This document shows positions 63,575-64,000 of a DNA stretch of 64,000 nt, piece after piece (position 1 is the stretch's first letter; each line of letters begins with the position of its first letter). The stretch comes from Thermomicrobiales bacterium. GTDB lineage: Bacteria > Chloroflexota > Chloroflexia > Thermomicrobiales > CFX8. The notes under the pieces are model-generated. The model searched no databases, had not been told where the DNA came from, and saw nothing but the letters and a program-made list of their open reading frames with translations. The stretch is taken from positions 214,022-278,021 of the forward strand of contig JAWKPC010000002.1 in assembly GCA_041390865.1 (NCBI GenBank). Reading direction: 5' to 3'. The translations under genes and the position numbers were made by a program.

Positions 63575-64000
63575 TTGTCTCAATCGAAGGCTCTTGATCT
63601 CGATAATTCTTCATTCAACGCGGCAGCAAACCTGGCTGCATCGCTGGCAGCCATGGCCCGGTCGATCGGGGGACGCGACGAGCGATGGGATGACGCCTGG
63701 GCCGTTGATGCTCGCTCTCCTCACCCGTTACCCAACAGCGTCGCATTGCTGAAGCCACTCTCGAATGAGCACATCGGCGACCTGGCCGGGCGGATCCGGA
63801 GCTTCTTTACGGCCGGTTCCGGCGGCCCGTCGCTTATCTGGAGCTTCTGGCCGGCGAGCGATGAAGACGCCAACGCGTTTGCATCCTATGGCTTCATGAG
63901 CGTACCCGGGCCGCCGCTGATGTACAGGCCGGCCGGAGCGCCCGAGATCAGCTACCCGCCGGAACTCGATATCGTCGAAGTGCACGATGACGCGACGGTT
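63575..64000 (+). CDS. Partial ORF running off the window end; GNAT-like N-terminal region (tentative)
   Basis: The frame is open from 63488 to the window end. It reads NAAANLAASLAAMARSIGGRDERWDDAWAVDARSPHPLPNSVALLKPL...SLIWSFWPASDEDANAFASYGFMSVPGPPLMYRPAG. The start is TTG 63575 or ATG 63653. This ORF is not in the supplied track because no stop falls inside the window. Confidence 0.45.
   Translation, partial: MSQSKALDLDNSSFNAAANLAASLAAMARSIGGRDERWDDAWAVDARSPHPLPNSVALLKPLSNEHIGDLAGRIRSFFTAGSGGPSLIWSFWPASDEDANAFASYGFMSVPGPPLMYRPAGAPEISYPPELDIVEVHDDATV

Overview
GC-rich bacterial chromosomal window. I saw no rRNA, tRNA, CRISPR array or recognisable transposase or integrase. Lineage cannot be resolved from sequence alone. 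PT-rich linkers, an F420/PPOX-type enzyme, DinB and MMPL suggest a Chloroflexota- or Actinomycetota-like organism, but that is inference only.

Layout:
- 0-7 kb: a Wzx-type surface-glycan locus. It holds a GT4 fragment, GT2, a flippase, a clear GDP-mannose 3,5-epimerase, GT26, a priming sugar-phosphate transferase and a divergent split GT4.
- 7.8-14.5 kb: three tandem paralogous secreted right-handed beta-helix proteins, each with its own hairpin terminator. Two of them carry Ig-like, PT-linker and malectin-like modules.
- 15-22 kb: a D-aminoacylase and a roughly 1,640-aa exoprotein made of tandem ~95-aa repeats plus a beta-helix region.
- 22-39 kb: cca, a membrane-anchored Hsp70-like protein, GNAT, SDR, an ArsR + SRPBCC pair, an MMPL transporter, an ADP-ribosylglycohydrolase and a MalT/LuxR-type regulator.
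- 39.5-44.8 kb: a plus-strand cluster of a PAP2-like protein, a decayed kinase-like region, two membrane proteins of an unrecognised family and a membrane-anchored PhoD-like phosphatase.
- 45-64 kb: typA/bipA, then housekeeping and accessory genes (VOC, GNAT, GerW-like, a decayed CoA-transferase and response regulator, a lipoprotein, a methyltransferase, a J-domain protein, DinB, a hydrolase, PPOX, and a large DUF2339-like membrane protein).

Most interesting observations:
1. The leader of the beta-helix/malectin gene 12096-14450 matches the conserved core of a c-di-GMP-I (GEMM-I) riboswitch.
2. An uncharacterised polytopic membrane-protein family is present in three copies: one beside the glycan locus and two in the PhoD cluster.
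3. Three intergenic loci carry REPIN-like inverted hairpin pairs whose stems covary.
4. An inverted ~110-145 bp repeat pair brackets an 8-kb segment rich in decayed genes.

Caveat: at least 20 reading-frame breaks are visible and they are clustered in a subset of genes, including typA. They may be assembly indels or real decay, so every pseudogene call is provisional.
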